From Nitrospirota bacterium (GTDB lineage: Bacteria > Nitrospirota > UBA9217): a stretch of DNA of 64,000 nucleotides. The notes under the pieces were generated by a model that searched no databases, was not told the origin of the DNA, and saw nothing but the letters and a program-made list of their open reading frames with translations. Positions 28,269 to 38,615 of the stretch are shown here, in pieces; within the stretch, counting starts at the first letter, position 1, and each line of letters opens with the position of its first letter. The stretch lies in assembly GCA_963754875.1 (NCBI GenBank), contig CAVWHO010000010.1, forward strand, positions 1 through 64,000. Reading direction: 5' to 3'. The position numbers and the translations under genes are program-made.

Positions 28269-29033
28269 ATGTTCTCCAGGGCCATGATACTGACAGCGAT
28301 CATCGCTGCCGCGCTGCTGTTTGAACATGCCCTTGCATACGCGGGAGCGCCCAATATCGAGATGGTGCAGGTAAAAGGCGGGTGTTATCAGATGGGTGAC
28401 ACCTTCGGAGATGGACTTGATGAATGGGAAAAGCCGGTCCACGAAGTGTGCGTAAACGATTTTACTATCGGCAAGTATGAAGTGACCCAAAGTCAATGGA
28501 AGGCAGTCATGGGAAACAATCCATCGTTTTTCAAGAGCTGCGGCGACAATTGCCCCGTCGAGAGAGTAAGTTGGAATGACGCGCTGGCTTTTATTGATAA
28601 ACTGAATAAGATAACTGGGAAAACGTATCGTTTGCCCACGGATGCCGAGTGGGAATATGCGGCGCGAAGCGGAGGAAAGCAAGAAAAATATGCCGGAACG
28701 AACAACCCCGCAGAACTTAAGAGCTATGCCTGGTTCGAGGACAATGCTGGCAAGAAGACTCATCCCGTAGGGATGAAGAAGCCTAATGGTTTAGGCATCT
28801 ACGACATGAACGGGAATGTATGGGAATGGGTAAAGGACCGCTATGATGACGTGGATTACTATAAGCACAGCCCGCGAATGAACCCGCAGGGCCCGGAGAT
28901 AGGGTCCCATCGGGTGGTTCGCGGCGGCAGCTGTTTCAACTTTGCCAGAGGTGTTCGTGCAACCGTTCGTCGCGACGGTCTGCCTGACCGCAGGAGCGGC
29001 GGAACGGGCTTTCGCCTCGCCGGCACGCCTTAA
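28269..29033 (+). CDS. Secreted FGE-sulfatase (SUMF1/CLec-fold) domain protein B
   Basis: Same motifs; tandem paralogue of A. Confidence 0.9.
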   Translation: MFSRAMILTAIIAAALLFEHALAYAGAPNIEMVQVKGGCYQMGDTFGDGLDEWEKPVHEVCVNDFTIGKYEVTQSQWKAVMGNNPSFFKSCGDNCPVERVSWNDALAFIDKLNKITGKTYRLPTDAEWEYAARSGGKQEKYAGTNNPAELKSYAWFEDNAGKKTHPVGMKKPNGLGIYDMNGNVWEWVKDRYDDVDYYKHSPRMNPQGPEIGSHRVVRGGSCFNFARGVRATVRRDGLPDRRSGGTGFRLAGTP

Positions 29034-29373
29034 CTCAGGGAGGATGACTTAATGATCAGCGGTGGAAGTTTTCCAACATGAGGCATGCAAAGTACTACTG
29101 ATATTCTTTACTCCTGTCACAAAATTGGGAGTACAGAATAGTAGTTGGAATTTGCAATGGCGCATTATTTGACACGTGCTTTTATTCCATTTGAAGTGTG
29201 CATTTATTGTTATAAGAATAGTCTATAATCTTAAGATACAAGTATTTGATTTTGCCTTCTGGACACACGGTTTGCCAAGCACGTTATTTAATAACTGTCT
29301 TCTATTGTTCTTTTCTGTATAATATTCTATAATTGAAAAAATTTGTAAATTAAGTTATTTAACAGGGGGGGCT

Positions 29374-31461
29374 ATGAACCGGTGTCGTCTATTAATCTTG
29401 ATAGCCGCTGGCGTGTTTTTTTTATCAGTAAGTTATTTTACGACATCCGTCTTCGCATTAAACCTCGAACGAAACGTCGCCGTTCATAAAGAAACGATCC
29501 AAGCCCGTCAAATAAACAAAAAAGAACCAAAGAGGGGACTTCAAAAGGACGTACAACTATTGCAGCAGCGACTTGATATTCAGGATCAAGTAATCGCCGA
29601 TCAAAACAGTAGAATACGTGACATGAGGGTCTCGGCAATAAGATTTTCTACTTTGATTACTATTATCCTATTCTTTATCATAGGTATTAGCTCTTGGTTT
29701 GTTGCAGGTAGAAAAGCCGAGATGTCTGCAAGAAAATGGATGGATGACTATGCAGTTGATTTTCGAAAAGAAGTTGAGAGCCTCAGAGAAGCGTTTCGTT
29801 ACCATGCAGAGAAAATGCAAAAAGAGGGAGACCCAAGCGCGGAAGCAACAATGCGCATTATCAATGAATCTATAACCGCTGGAAAGAAACCCGATATCAG
29901 TGATGATGCAAGACGATCGTTGCAAAAAGAGAGTGAATACCTTGGGCAGGTGCCAGAAAGGCAGTACCGTGCTCAGGACTGGGCCAAACTCGCTTTTGCG
30001 GCCTATGCTGATAACAAGCTCTCTCTCACCATTGAATATTTCAAATCTGCAGTTAATGCCGTTGATGCAAGGAAATCAGAGCAAGCCCGGTGGCTCTCAA
30101 GTATCGGGTCAATCCTTGACGTGACAAAACGATATGAAGAGGAACTCGCCATCTACGATGAAGTGATCAGCCGGTTCGGTTCCTCCACGGAGATGGCCCT
30201 TCAGGAACAGGTAGCAAAAGCGCTCGTCAACAAGGGGGGCAGACTCGGCCAACTCCACAGGAGTGAAGAAGCAATCGCCGTCTCCGATGAAGTGATCAGC
30301 CGGTTCGGTTCCTCCACGGAGATAGCCCTTCAGGAACAGGTAGCAAAGGCGCTCGTCAACAAGGGGGTCAGGCTCGGCCAACTCCACAGGAGTGAAGAAG
30401 CAATCGCCGTCTACGATGAAGTAATCAGGCGGTTCGGTTCCTCCACGGAGACGGCCTTGCAGGAACAGGTTGCAAAGACGTTCTTTAACAAGGGGGTCAG
30501 GCTCGGCCAACTTCACAGGAGTGAAGAAGCAATCGTTATCTACGATGAAGTAATCAGGCGGTTCGGTTCTTCCACTGAGACGGCCTTGCAGGAAAAGACA
30601 GCAATGGCGCTCTTCAACAAGGGGACGACACTCGGCCAACTCCACAGGAGTGAAGAAGCAATCGCCGTCTACGATGAAGTAATCAGGCGGTTCGGTTCTT
30701 CCACGGAGACGGCCTTGCAGGAAAAGACAGCAATGGCGCTCGTCAACAAGGGGACGACACTCGGCCAACTCCACAGGAGTGAAGAAGCAATCGCCGTCTA
30801 CGATGAAGTGATCAAGCGGTTCGGTTCCTCCAAGGAGGCTGCCTTGCAGGAGCAAGTAGCCAAGGCGCTCGTCAACAAGGAGGCCAAGCTCGGACAGATC
30901 CAAAGAAGCGAAGAAACAATGCCCGTATCCGATGAAGTGATCAAGCGGTTCGGTTCCTCTAATGAGATGGCCTTGCAGGAACAGGTAGAAAAGGCGCTCT
31001 TCAACAAGGAGGCCAGGCTCGGACAGATCCAAGGAAGCGAAGAAATAATGCCTGTATCCGATGAAGCGGTCAACCGGTTCGATTCCTCAATGGATGCGGC
31101 CTTGCAGGAACGGGCGGCAACGGCTTTAAACTTGAAAGGTTTTAGATTGTTGGTAAAAGCTAAACAGACATGGGACAATGAAATAGAAAGAGAGAAACTT
31201 TTAAGAAATGCTCTTGTATATTTTGATGAATCCCTGCGAAAAAAAAATGATTATTCAATTGCTTTAGGTAATAAAGGTTACGTCCTTTTTCTCATGAACC
31301 GTACAGATGATGCAAAAGAGGCTCTCCATACAGCGTTAAAAACTGGACGTGAAAGCCTCAGGGATACTGAACTTGAAAATGCTGCTAATTCAACCGTGCC
31401 TGAGGATACAGCCTTCCGCGAACTTATTGTTCTACTATGGGATGAATTGAACGTTCATTGA
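29374..31461 (+). CDS. Membrane-anchored TPR-repeat protein
   Basis: Signal peptide, coiled coil, TM helix, about 7-8 tandem 43-aa TPR-like units. Confidence 0.85.
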   Translation: MNRCRLLILIAAGVFFLSVSYFTTSVFALNLERNVAVHKETIQARQINKKEPKRGLQKDVQLLQQRLDIQDQVIADQNSRIRDMRVSAIRFSTLITIILFFIIGISSWFVAGRKAEMSARKWMDDYAVDFRKEVESLREAFRYHAEKMQKEGDPSAEATMRIINESITAGKKPDISDDARRSLQKESEYLGQVPERQYRAQDWAKLAFAAYADNKLSLTIEYFKSAVNAVDARKSEQARWLSSIGSILDVTKRYEEELAIYDEVISRFGSSTEMALQEQVAKALVNKGGRLGQLHRSEEAIAVSDEVISRFGSSTEIALQEQVAKALVNKGVRLGQLHRSEEAIAVYDEVIRRFGSSTETALQEQVAKTFFNKGVRLGQLHRSEEAIVIYDEVIRRFGSSTETALQEKTAMALFNKGTTLGQLHRSEEAIAVYDEVIRRFGSSTETALQEKTAMALVNKGTTLGQLHRSEEAIAVYDEVIKRFGSSKEAALQEQVAKALVNKEAKLGQIQRSEETMPVSDEVIKRFGSSNEMALQEQVEKALFNKEARLGQIQGSEEIMPVSDEAVNRFDSSMDAALQERAATALNLKGFRLLVKAKQTWDNEIEREKLLRNALVYFDESLRKKNDYSIALGNKGYVLFLMNRTDDAKEALHTALKTGRESLRDTELENAANSTVPEDTAFRELIVLLWDELNVH
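30135..31110 (+). repeat. 129-bp tandem repeat (43 aa) inside TPR gene
   Basis: GAGTGAAGAAGCAATCG recurs at 30261, 30390, 30519, 30648, 30777. Confidence 0.9.
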
Positions 31462-31700
31462 ATTCTGTATTTTATGTCTGATGCTTACGTATGTTTTTGC
31501 GAAGATCGTTGCGGCATCGATGCAATTCTTCTTTATAGGCGATGTCTGCGACTGTCCATAAAAGCCAGAATTCGGGCATTTTCGTTGATTTCCTTGAGCA
31601 AACCTCAACAAAGATAGACAAGCAATGTTATTATCGATCTCCTTCAAATAGTTAATTACGTTTGTATAAATCGCATTCGAGTACATTAATCTCTGGGTCT

Positions 31701-31746
31701 TTTCCTAAACCGCGTGCGGGTTGTTCGAATCACCCCAGGGACACCA
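31701..31746 (+). repeat. Degenerate tRNA-Arg 3' copy (attR-like) 2
   Basis: TTTCCTAAACCGCGTGCGGGTTGTTCGAATCACCCCAGGGACACCA. Confidence 0.85.
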
Positions 31747-31878
31747 TACTTACGTCAAAAAGAGCCGGCAGACACCGTTTTTTTTGTGGTTTCGAGCCAA
31801 CACCCTGTCACTTGTACGGTATAATCGCTTTTGAGTGTGCAAAGAGACCAAAAAAGAGGGGACGAGCCCTTTTTGTCC

Positions 31879-31907
31879 TTGACAAACCCCCTGAAATCTC
31901 ATAAAAT
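31879..31907 (+). promoter_or_regulatory. Sigma70 promoter of tRNA-Val/thrS
   Basis: TTGACA-17 bp-TAAAAT. Confidence 0.7.
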
Positions 31908-31934
31908 TCGCTCTTGTTACGAAACAAACCAGAT

Positions 31935-32009
31935 AGGCTCGTAGCTCAGGGGGAGAGCGCTACCTTGACACGGTAGAGGTCGGCGGTTCGATACCGCCCG
32001 GGCCTACCA
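31935..32009 (+). tRNA. tRNA-Val(GAC)
   Basis: CTACC-TTGACAC-GGTAG anticodon arm, GGTTCGATACC, CCA. Confidence 0.95.
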
Positions 32010-32039
32010 TGATTTAACCACAACTATGTTATTTACCTT

Positions 32040-33980
32040 ATGAGTGAAATACAACTCAGGCTGCCTGACGGTCAGGTCAAAAAGTATGCCTCTGGCATCA
32101 CCGGTCAGGAAGTTGCCGAGAAAATCGGCTCTCGCCTCGCTAAAGACGCGCTTGCCATAAAATTAGACGGTCAACTTCAGGATCTGAATATTCCGGTAGA
32201 ACACGATGCCGCGATTGAGATCGTGACCTTTGACGCCCCGAACGGCCGCGATGTGTACTGGCACAGTACCTCGCACCTCATGGCGCAGGCGGTCAAACAG
32301 CTCTTTCCGCAGGCAAAGCTCGCCATCGGTCCGTCGATCGATGAAGGGTTCTACTACGACTTCGATCTCGATCGTCCTTTTACGCCCGAGGACCTCGAAA
32401 AAATCGAAAAGAAGATGGCGGAGTTGGCCAAGGCTGCTGTGCCGATCAGAAGAAAAAGTCTTTCCAAGGCGGATGCCTTGTCGTTCTTTCAAAAACTGGG
32501 CGAGACGTACAAAGTCGAGCTGATCAACGATCTGCCGGACGGCACGATGTCGATTTACGAACAGGGCGATTTCGCCGACCTCTGTCGCGGTCCCCATGTC
32601 TCGTCGACGGCGAAGATCAAGGCTGTGAAGCTACTGTCAATTGCCGGCGCTTACTGGCGCGGCAGTGAGAAGAACAAGATGCTGCAGCGCATCTACGGCA
32701 TCTCGTTCCCAGCAAAGGATGCGCTGGACGCCTATGTGACGCGGCTCGAAGAGATCAAACGACGCGACCATCGGAAGCTGGGCAAGGATCTGGACCTTTT
32801 TTCCCTGTCCGACGAAGTGGGCGGCGGCTTGGTCCTGTGGCATCCCCGGGGTGCACTCGTCAGGAAGACCATCGAGGACTACTGGCGCGACGAGCATCAG
32901 AAAAACGGCTATGATTTTGTATATTCTCCTCATGTTGGTAGGGCGACCCTGTGGGAAACGTCGGGCCATCTCGGTTTTTACCGGGAGAACATGTATTCGT
33001 CCATGGAAGTGGAAGGGCAGGAATTCTATGTAAAGCCCATGAACTGCCCGTTCCACATCATGATCTACAAGAATAAGCTTCGGTCCTACCGGGAGTTGCC
33101 GCTGCGGTACGCCGAACTCGGCACTGTGTACCGGTTCGAGCGTTCCGGCGTTTTGCACGGCCTGCTGCGCGTGCGTGGTTTTACGCAGGATGACGCTCAT
33201 ATCTTTGTGGCGCCGGAGGATATGGAAACAGAGGTCATCCGGGTCATCGGTTTTGTCGTAAAGATGCTCAGGACCTTCGGGTTCGAAGATTTTAAGGCCT
33301 ATATTGCGACGCGACCGGAAAAGTCCGTTGGTGATAACGCGGTGTGGGAGCAGGCAACACAGGCCCTCAAGGTTGCCGCCGAAAAGGTCAATCTCGGGTA
33401 TGAAATCGACGAAGGTGGCGGAGCATTCTACGGACCCAAGATCGACATCAAGATCAAGGACGCGCTTGGCAGGCTCTGGCAGTGCTCCACGGTCCAGTTC
33501 GACTTCAACATGTCGGAGAGATTCGACATGAGCTTTATCGGCGTGGACAACCAGCAGCATCGTCCCTACATGATCCACCGGGCGCTCTTGGGATCGATCG
33601 AGCGGTTCTTCGGTATGCTGATCGAACACTACGCGGGAGCATTCCCCGTCTGGCTTGCTCCGGTGCAGGCGAAGGTGATCTCGATTACCGACAAACAGTT
33701 TGATTTTGCAAAAGGCGTCCGGGACCAGCTGCTTGCAGCGGGGATCAGGGCGGAACTCGATACCCGTTCGGAGAAGATCGGGTTCAAGATTCGCGAAGCC
33801 GCGATGGAAAAGGTGCCCTACATCCTCGTCGTGGGGGACAAGGAAGTGCAGCAGGAAGCAGTTGCAGTACGCGAGCGGGGCGGTAAGGACCTCGGTGTCA
33901 TGAAACTTGCTGAGTTCATCGACGCTGTAAAAAAACTAATTCAAGATAAAAGTATTTCAACCGATTTGCTAAGGGGGTGA
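32040..33980 (+). CDS. thrS: Threonine--tRNA ligase
   Basis: TGS domain, HSTSHLMAQA, KPMNCP, RVRGFTQDDAH, FYGPKID, HRALLGSIERF. Confidence 0.97.
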   Translation: MSEIQLRLPDGQVKKYASGITGQEVAEKIGSRLAKDALAIKLDGQLQDLNIPVEHDAAIEIVTFDAPNGRDVYWHSTSHLMAQAVKQLFPQAKLAIGPSIDEGFYYDFDLDRPFTPEDLEKIEKKMAELAKAAVPIRRKSLSKADALSFFQKLGETYKVELINDLPDGTMSIYEQGDFADLCRGPHVSSTAKIKAVKLLSIAGAYWRGSEKNKMLQRIYGISFPAKDALDAYVTRLEEIKRRDHRKLGKDLDLFSLSDEVGGGLVLWHPRGALVRKTIEDYWRDEHQKNGYDFVYSPHVGRATLWETSGHLGFYRENMYSSMEVEGQEFYVKPMNCPFHIMIYKNKLRSYRELPLRYAELGTVYRFERSGVLHGLLRVRGFTQDDAHIFVAPEDMETEVIRVIGFVVKMLRTFGFEDFKAYIATRPEKSVGDNAVWEQATQALKVAAEKVNLGYEIDEGGGAFYGPKIDIKIKDALGRLWQCSTVQFDFNMSERFDMSFIGVDNQQHRPYMIHRALLGSIERFFGMLIEHYAGAFPVWLAPVQAKVISITDKQFDFAKGVRDQLLAAGIRAELDTRSEKIGFKIREAAMEKVPYILVVGDKEVQQEAVAVRERGGKDLGVMKLAEFIDAVKKLIQDKSISTDLLRG

Positions 33981-33986
33981 TCGTTC

Positions 33987-34508
33987 ATCGCTAAAATCAC
34001 GACAAGAATCAATTACATGATCAAGTTGAAAGAAGTCCGGGTCATTAATTCCGACGGAGAACAGCTCGGGGTCCTTGATACCCGGGATGCGATCAAAAGG
34101 GCGGAGGAACAGGGACTCGATCTGGTCGAAGTTGCACCGACGGCAAAACCGCCGGTCTGCCGGATCATGGACTTCGGCAAGTATAAATACGAGATGGCCA
34201 AAAAGGCCGCGGAATCCAGGAAACACCAGACCGTCATCGTTGTCAAGGAAATCAAACTGAGGCCACGCACGGACGAACATGATGTCAACTTCAAGTTGAA
34301 CAACATCAAGCGGTTCCTTGAGGAAGGCAATAAGGTAAAAGTGACGGTGATGTTCCGGGGCAGGGAAATGGCCCATATCGACCACGGCAGGAAGGTACTG
34401 GAACGCATTGTGAGCGAACTGCAGAATGATGCCGTCGTTGAGTCGTCACCGCGCCTGGAAGGCAGGAACATGACGCTGTTGCTTGGGGCAAAAGCTAAAA
34501 TGCCATAA
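33987..34508 (+). CDS. infC: Translation initiation factor IF-3 (probable ATC start)
   Basis: RIN..I...EVRVI, DLVEVAP, PVCRIMDFGKYKYE; ATC 6 nt after GGGGTGA, in frame. Confidence 0.92.
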   Translation: MAKITTRINYMIKLKEVRVINSDGEQLGVLDTRDAIKRAEEQGLDLVEVAPTAKPPVCRIMDFGKYKYEMAKKAAESRKHQTVIVVKEIKLRPRTDEHDVNFKLNNIKRFLEEGNKVKVTVMFRGREMAHIDHGRKVLERIVSELQNDAVVESSPRLEGRNMTLLLGAKAKMP

Positions 34509-34624
34509 CAGCCGCAGGTGTTTCAAATGTATCTTGTTAACTCGATGATTCTGCGGAGTCAGGTTGTCTCCGCTGTCCATATAAGCAGGAGCATAAACTC
34601 AGGATTTTGGAAGGGGAATAAATT

Positions 34625-34834
34625 ATGGCAAAGATCAAATTGAAAACCAATCGGAGCGCTTCCAAGAGGCTCAAAGTGACCGGTACCGGCAAGATCTCGA
34701 GGCGCAAGGGCTGGAAGGGACATCTGTTGAACGGCAAGAATGCAACACGCAAGAGACGGCTGACCGGCGATTTCATCGTCGACAAGGACAATCTCAAGAA
34801 CATTAAGCGGATGCTCCCGTACGGGCTGAAGTAG
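34625..34834 (+). CDS. rpmI: 50S ribosomal protein L35
   Basis: KLKTNRSASKRLKVTGTGK; position after infC. Confidence 0.95.
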   Translation: MAKIKLKTNRSASKRLKVTGTGKISRRKGWKGHLLNGKNATRKRRLTGDFIVDKDNLKNIKRMLPYGLK

Positions 34835-34942
34835 AGAACGCAGAAATTAATACGACTGGTGCATGATACCGGATCCACGATGCAGGATGGAAGCGAAGGC
34901 TTCATTTTGGATCATGCATCATGATTTGAGGAGGAAGAAGAA

Positions 34943-35296
34943 ATGCCGAGAGCTAAAGGCGGCCCCAAGACACGGGCCAGAAGAAAACGGGTGCTCAACC
35001 TGGCAGAAGGGTACTGGGGTGCAAAATCCAAACTGTTCCGCTCCGCTACCGAAGCCGTTGATCGCGCACTCAAGTATGCATACCGGGACCGGAAGGCCCG
35101 CAAGCGGGATTTCCGCAGACTCTGGATCGCACGCATCAACGCGGCTGCGCGTCTGAACGGTGTGACCTACAGCAGGTTCATGGCCGGACTCACCAAGAGC
35201 GGAGTTGCAATCGACCGGAAGATCCTTGCCGATCTGGCCGTGTCCGACCCTGCCGGATTCTCCAAGCTGGTTGAAACAGCCAAAACTGCATCGTAA
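34943..35296 (+). CDS. rplT: 50S ribosomal protein L20
   Basis: [38 protein letters not shown]. Confidence 0.97.
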   Translation: MPRAKGGPKTRARRKRVLNLAEGYWGAKSKLFRSATEAVDRALKYAYRDRKARKRDFRRLWIARINAAARLNGVTYSRFMAGLTKSGVAIDRKILADLAVSDPAGFSKLVETAKTAS

Positions 35297-35380
35297 GAAC
35301 CCGATTGATAACGTGTTCCGGAGATGGTTGCCGGTTCCCGTTCGCGTTGTCCGTCTTCCGTAGTTGGGAAGGAATGTTTG

Positions 35381-35415
35381 AGGCCCCGGATTTTTTGACC
35401 GGGGCCTTTCTTTTT
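35381..35415 (+). terminator. Intrinsic terminator after rplT
   Basis: AGGCCCCGG/CCGGGGCCT stem + TTCTTTTT. Confidence 0.75.
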
Positions 35416-35457
35416 ATATTGACATATAGAGCTAATTCGGTTAAAAAACGAACAGAA

Positions 35458-37284
35458 ATGATGAAATACGGCCGTTCATTTATCACGACGTTCATCACCT
35501 GCGCCATTTTTTTATCTATTCCGCATTCAGCGCTCCCGTCTTATAACTCCGAGGCCGGGCACAAGTATACTGTCGCCTCTCAACGTCTCGCCGATCTCAA
35601 AAAATCCAGCAGGAAAAAGAAATACCGTTCCTACTGGATCGATTGCATCCGCACGTTCGAACTGGTTGAAAAACAATATCCAAAAAGTCCCAACGCGGCC
35701 GATGCCTGTTTCGACCGGGCCGAAATCTACCAGGCGCTTTACCGCTATAACAAACGGACAAGGGACATCAACGAGTCGCTACGGCTTTATGATACCTGCC
35801 GTTCGACCTATCCCCGCCACGCCAGGGCGCCGGAGGCGTTGTATCGCATCGTGGAAATAGAACTCGACGTCAAGAAAGACCGGCCAGCTGCCGCAGAAGC
35901 CTACGCGAGACTTGCCAGGGAATACCATGGCAGCAACTGGACTGATAAGGCAAAGGCGAAGATCGGTCCGTCCGCCCGCTATCAGCGGAAGCGGGAGACG
36001 GAAATCAGGAAAATGCCGGTGCCGGTGATCTCCGCTTCCAAGGGCCGGCCCACCGGCGCCGTGAAGAGTATCCGTTTCTGGTCCGGTGGCGCATATACCC
36101 GGATCGTGATCGACCAGGATAGTGCTGTCAAATTTCAGGCGCAGGAACTGAAAAAGCCAGATCGCCTCGTGTTCGATCTGTTGAACACGAGTCTCGATAC
36201 AACGGTATATAAAGATCCGTTGCCGGTGAATGACGGCATTCTGAAACAGGTCCGTGCCAGCCAATACGCACCTGATATCGTACGCGTCGTTCTGGATCTT
36301 GCAAGCATTAAAAGTTATGTGGCTTTCCCCCTCCATGATCCGGAACGCCTCGTCATCGATGTTACCGGTGAGGGGGGAAGAGGCGAAGAAACTCGTGTGA
36401 CGAGCGTGGAAACGGACACCCCGCAGAAGATCGAAAATCTTGCCGAGCAAAAACAGGAATCGAAAGAACAGCCGAAGACGGAACCGGCTACAACGGTCCC
36501 GCTTTTGCCTAAGATCCCGGCGGCCCAAAATGGTAATGATCAGAAACTCTCTCTGTCCAGGCAGCTTGGACTGAAGATTAGGACGATTGCCATCGATGCG
36601 GGCCATGGGGGGCACGATCCGGGGGCCATCGGCAAGAACGGCTTGAAGGAAAAAACGGTCACCCTCGACGTAGCGAAACGGCTAGCTGCTCTCGTGAAGG
36701 AACGGCTCGGGTGTAACGTGATCATGACCCGCGATAGTGACGTTTTTATCCCGCTCGAAGAGAGGCCGTTTATCGCCAAGTCAAAAGGTGCCGACCTGTT
36801 CGTGTCCATCCATGTGAATGCCAACAGAAAACGGAAAGCACGAGGGATCGAAACATATGTTCAGAGTCTGCGGGCCTCAGACAGGGAAGCAATGGCAACG
36901 GCGGCGCGCGAAAACGCCATGTCTACCAAGAAGCTGAGCGAACTGAAATCGGAACTTGACCGCATCTTTGCAGACCTCACGCGGGACGATAAAATTGAGG
37001 AGTCGCTCTACCTGGCTGATTCAGTGCAAGGATCGCTCGTAAGCAATCTCAAATCCGTCAACCGCCATGCCGATGATCTCAAAGCCAGGATAAAGAGGGC
37101 GTTCTTCTATGTTTTGATCAATACGGAAATGCCGAGTATCCTGGCCGAGATCGGGTTCATCAGCAACCCGGATGAAGAGAAGCTGCTCAAACAGGATTCT
37201 TATCGGCAGGCGATAGCCGAAGCGCTGTATAGGGGCATCAAGAAATATGTAGAAGTACGGTCGCAGCAGATAGCAGGACTCTGA
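35458..37284 (+). CDS. N-acetylmuramoyl-L-alanine amidase (TPR + AMIN + Amidase_3)
   Basis: PDRLVFDL/RLVIDV AMIN motifs; IDAGHGGHDPGA, SIHVNA, ILAEIGFISN. Confidence 0.9.
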   Translation: MMKYGRSFITTFITCAIFLSIPHSALPSYNSEAGHKYTVASQRLADLKKSSRKKKYRSYWIDCIRTFELVEKQYPKSPNAADACFDRAEIYQALYRYNKRTRDINESLRLYDTCRSTYPRHARAPEALYRIVEIELDVKKDRPAAAEAYARLAREYHGSNWTDKAKAKIGPSARYQRKRETEIRKMPVPVISASKGRPTGAVKSIRFWSGGAYTRIVIDQDSAVKFQAQELKKPDRLVFDLLNTSLDTTVYKDPLPVNDGILKQVRASQYAPDIVRVVLDLASIKSYVAFPLHDPERLVIDVTGEGGRGEETRVTSVETDTPQKIENLAEQKQESKEQPKTEPATTVPLLPKIPAAQNGNDQKLSLSRQLGLKIRTIAIDAGHGGHDPGAIGKNGLKEKTVTLDVAKRLAALVKERLGCNVIMTRDSDVFIPLEERPFIAKSKGADLFVSIHVNANRKRKARGIETYVQSLRASDREAMATAARENAMSTKKLSELKSELDRIFADLTRDDKIEESLYLADSVQGSLVSNLKSVNRHADDLKARIKRAFFYVLINTEMPSILAEIGFISNPDEEKLLKQDSYRQAIAEALYRGIKKYVEVRSQQIAGL

Positions 37285-37403
37285 TTCGATTGCGGAATGT
37301 GGATATCGGAATGCGGAATGAACAACTCGAAACACGAAACTCGCTTACGTGCGACTCGAAATTTAAGACCTGAGACCGGAAACTCAAAACCATCGTTTCT
37401 TCC

Positions 37404-38532
37404 TCACTGCCCCCCTGACCCTTTGCCCCCTGACACGCTGCCTGCGATCAAATACGCTTCAATGAACTGGTCGAGGTCGCCGTCCATCACGGCGCTGACA
37501 TGGCCGACTTCCACTCCTGTGCGATGGTCCTTCACCATCTGGTAGGGTTGGAAGACGTAGGACCTGATTTGGCTGCCCCAGGCAATATCTTTTTTCTCAC
37601 TCACCAGCTTGCCGAGTTTTTCGTCGTGTTCTTTCTTCCGCAATTCATACAGTCGGGAACGGAGCACCTTCATGGCCACATTTTTGTTCTTGAGCTGGGA
37701 ACGTTCGTTCTGGCATTGAACAACGATGTTCGTCGGGAGGTGGGTAATGCGCACGGCCGAATCGGTCTTGTTCACGTGCTGGCCGCCGGCGCTCGATGAA
37801 CGGTAGGTGTCGATGCGCAATTCCTTGTCGTCGATCGAGATGTCGATGTTGTCCTCGACCTCGGGATAGACATAGACCGATGCAAAGGAGGTGTGCCTGC
37901 GCTTGTTCGCATCGAAAGGCGAGATGCGGACGAGACGGTGCACGCCTGCTTCGGCTTTCATCCTGCCGTAGGCATATTCCCCGGACACGGTAAAGGTAAC
38001 GGACTTGACCCCTGCTTCTTCGCCGTTCTGGTAATCCAGGATCTCGGTCTTGTAGCCCCGTTTCTCGGCCCAGCGAAGGTACATGCGCATGAGCATCTCG
38101 GCCCAGTCCTGGGCCTCGGTGCCGCCGGCCCCGGGATGGATCGATATGATTGCATTCGATGCATCCTGCTCGCCCGAGAGCATGGCCGCAACCTCGGCGG
38201 AAGCAATGTCTTTCTCGGTCACCGCGATCTCCTGCTCAAGCTCTGCGCGCATGGATTCGCCGCCTTCTTCTGATGCAAGTTCAGCCATGGCTTCGAAGTC
38301 GCTCAGCCGCTTGGCGAGCGTGTTCCAGTCTCTCAGAGAGCGTTCGATCGCTGATTTTTCTTTTAAGACGACGTTTGCCTTGTCGTTATTGTCCCAGAAA
38401 CCGCTTGTTTCCGTGAGGCGGGTAAGTTCTTCTAAACGGGATTCTTTGGCAGGGGTGTCAAAGATGCCTCCGCAGGGTCTCCAGCCTGCCTTTGACGTTG
38501 TCGAGCTGCTGTTTGAGGTCTTCTAAAAGCAT
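37404..38532 (-). CDS. prfB: Peptide chain release factor 2 with programmed +1 frameshift
   Basis: SPF and GGQ motifs; ATG at 38532; GGAGG-CAT-CTT-TGA-C slippery site near 38460. Confidence 0.96.
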
Positions 38533-38615
38533 TTATGTCTCCCATTGTAGAAATCAACTGAAGCAGATTATACCATAGTGAAAAATAACAATCAAACAGA
38601 AACCGGAAAAACATT

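Larger units (their letters stand above)
23577..31746. mobile_element. Genomic island remnant integrated at tRNA-Arg(CCT), no integrase seen
   Basis: Degenerate tRNA 3'-half copies at 23713-23767 and 31701-31746; visibly AT-richer accessory content between. Confidence 0.7.

Noticed and set aside
27072..29374. Complete DGR cassette
   Set aside because: No reverse transcriptase, Avd or AAC-rich template repeat visible in the window; reported only as candidate targets.
30135..31110. CRISPR array
   Set aside because: Contiguous in-frame 129-bp coding units, no unique spacers, no cas genes.
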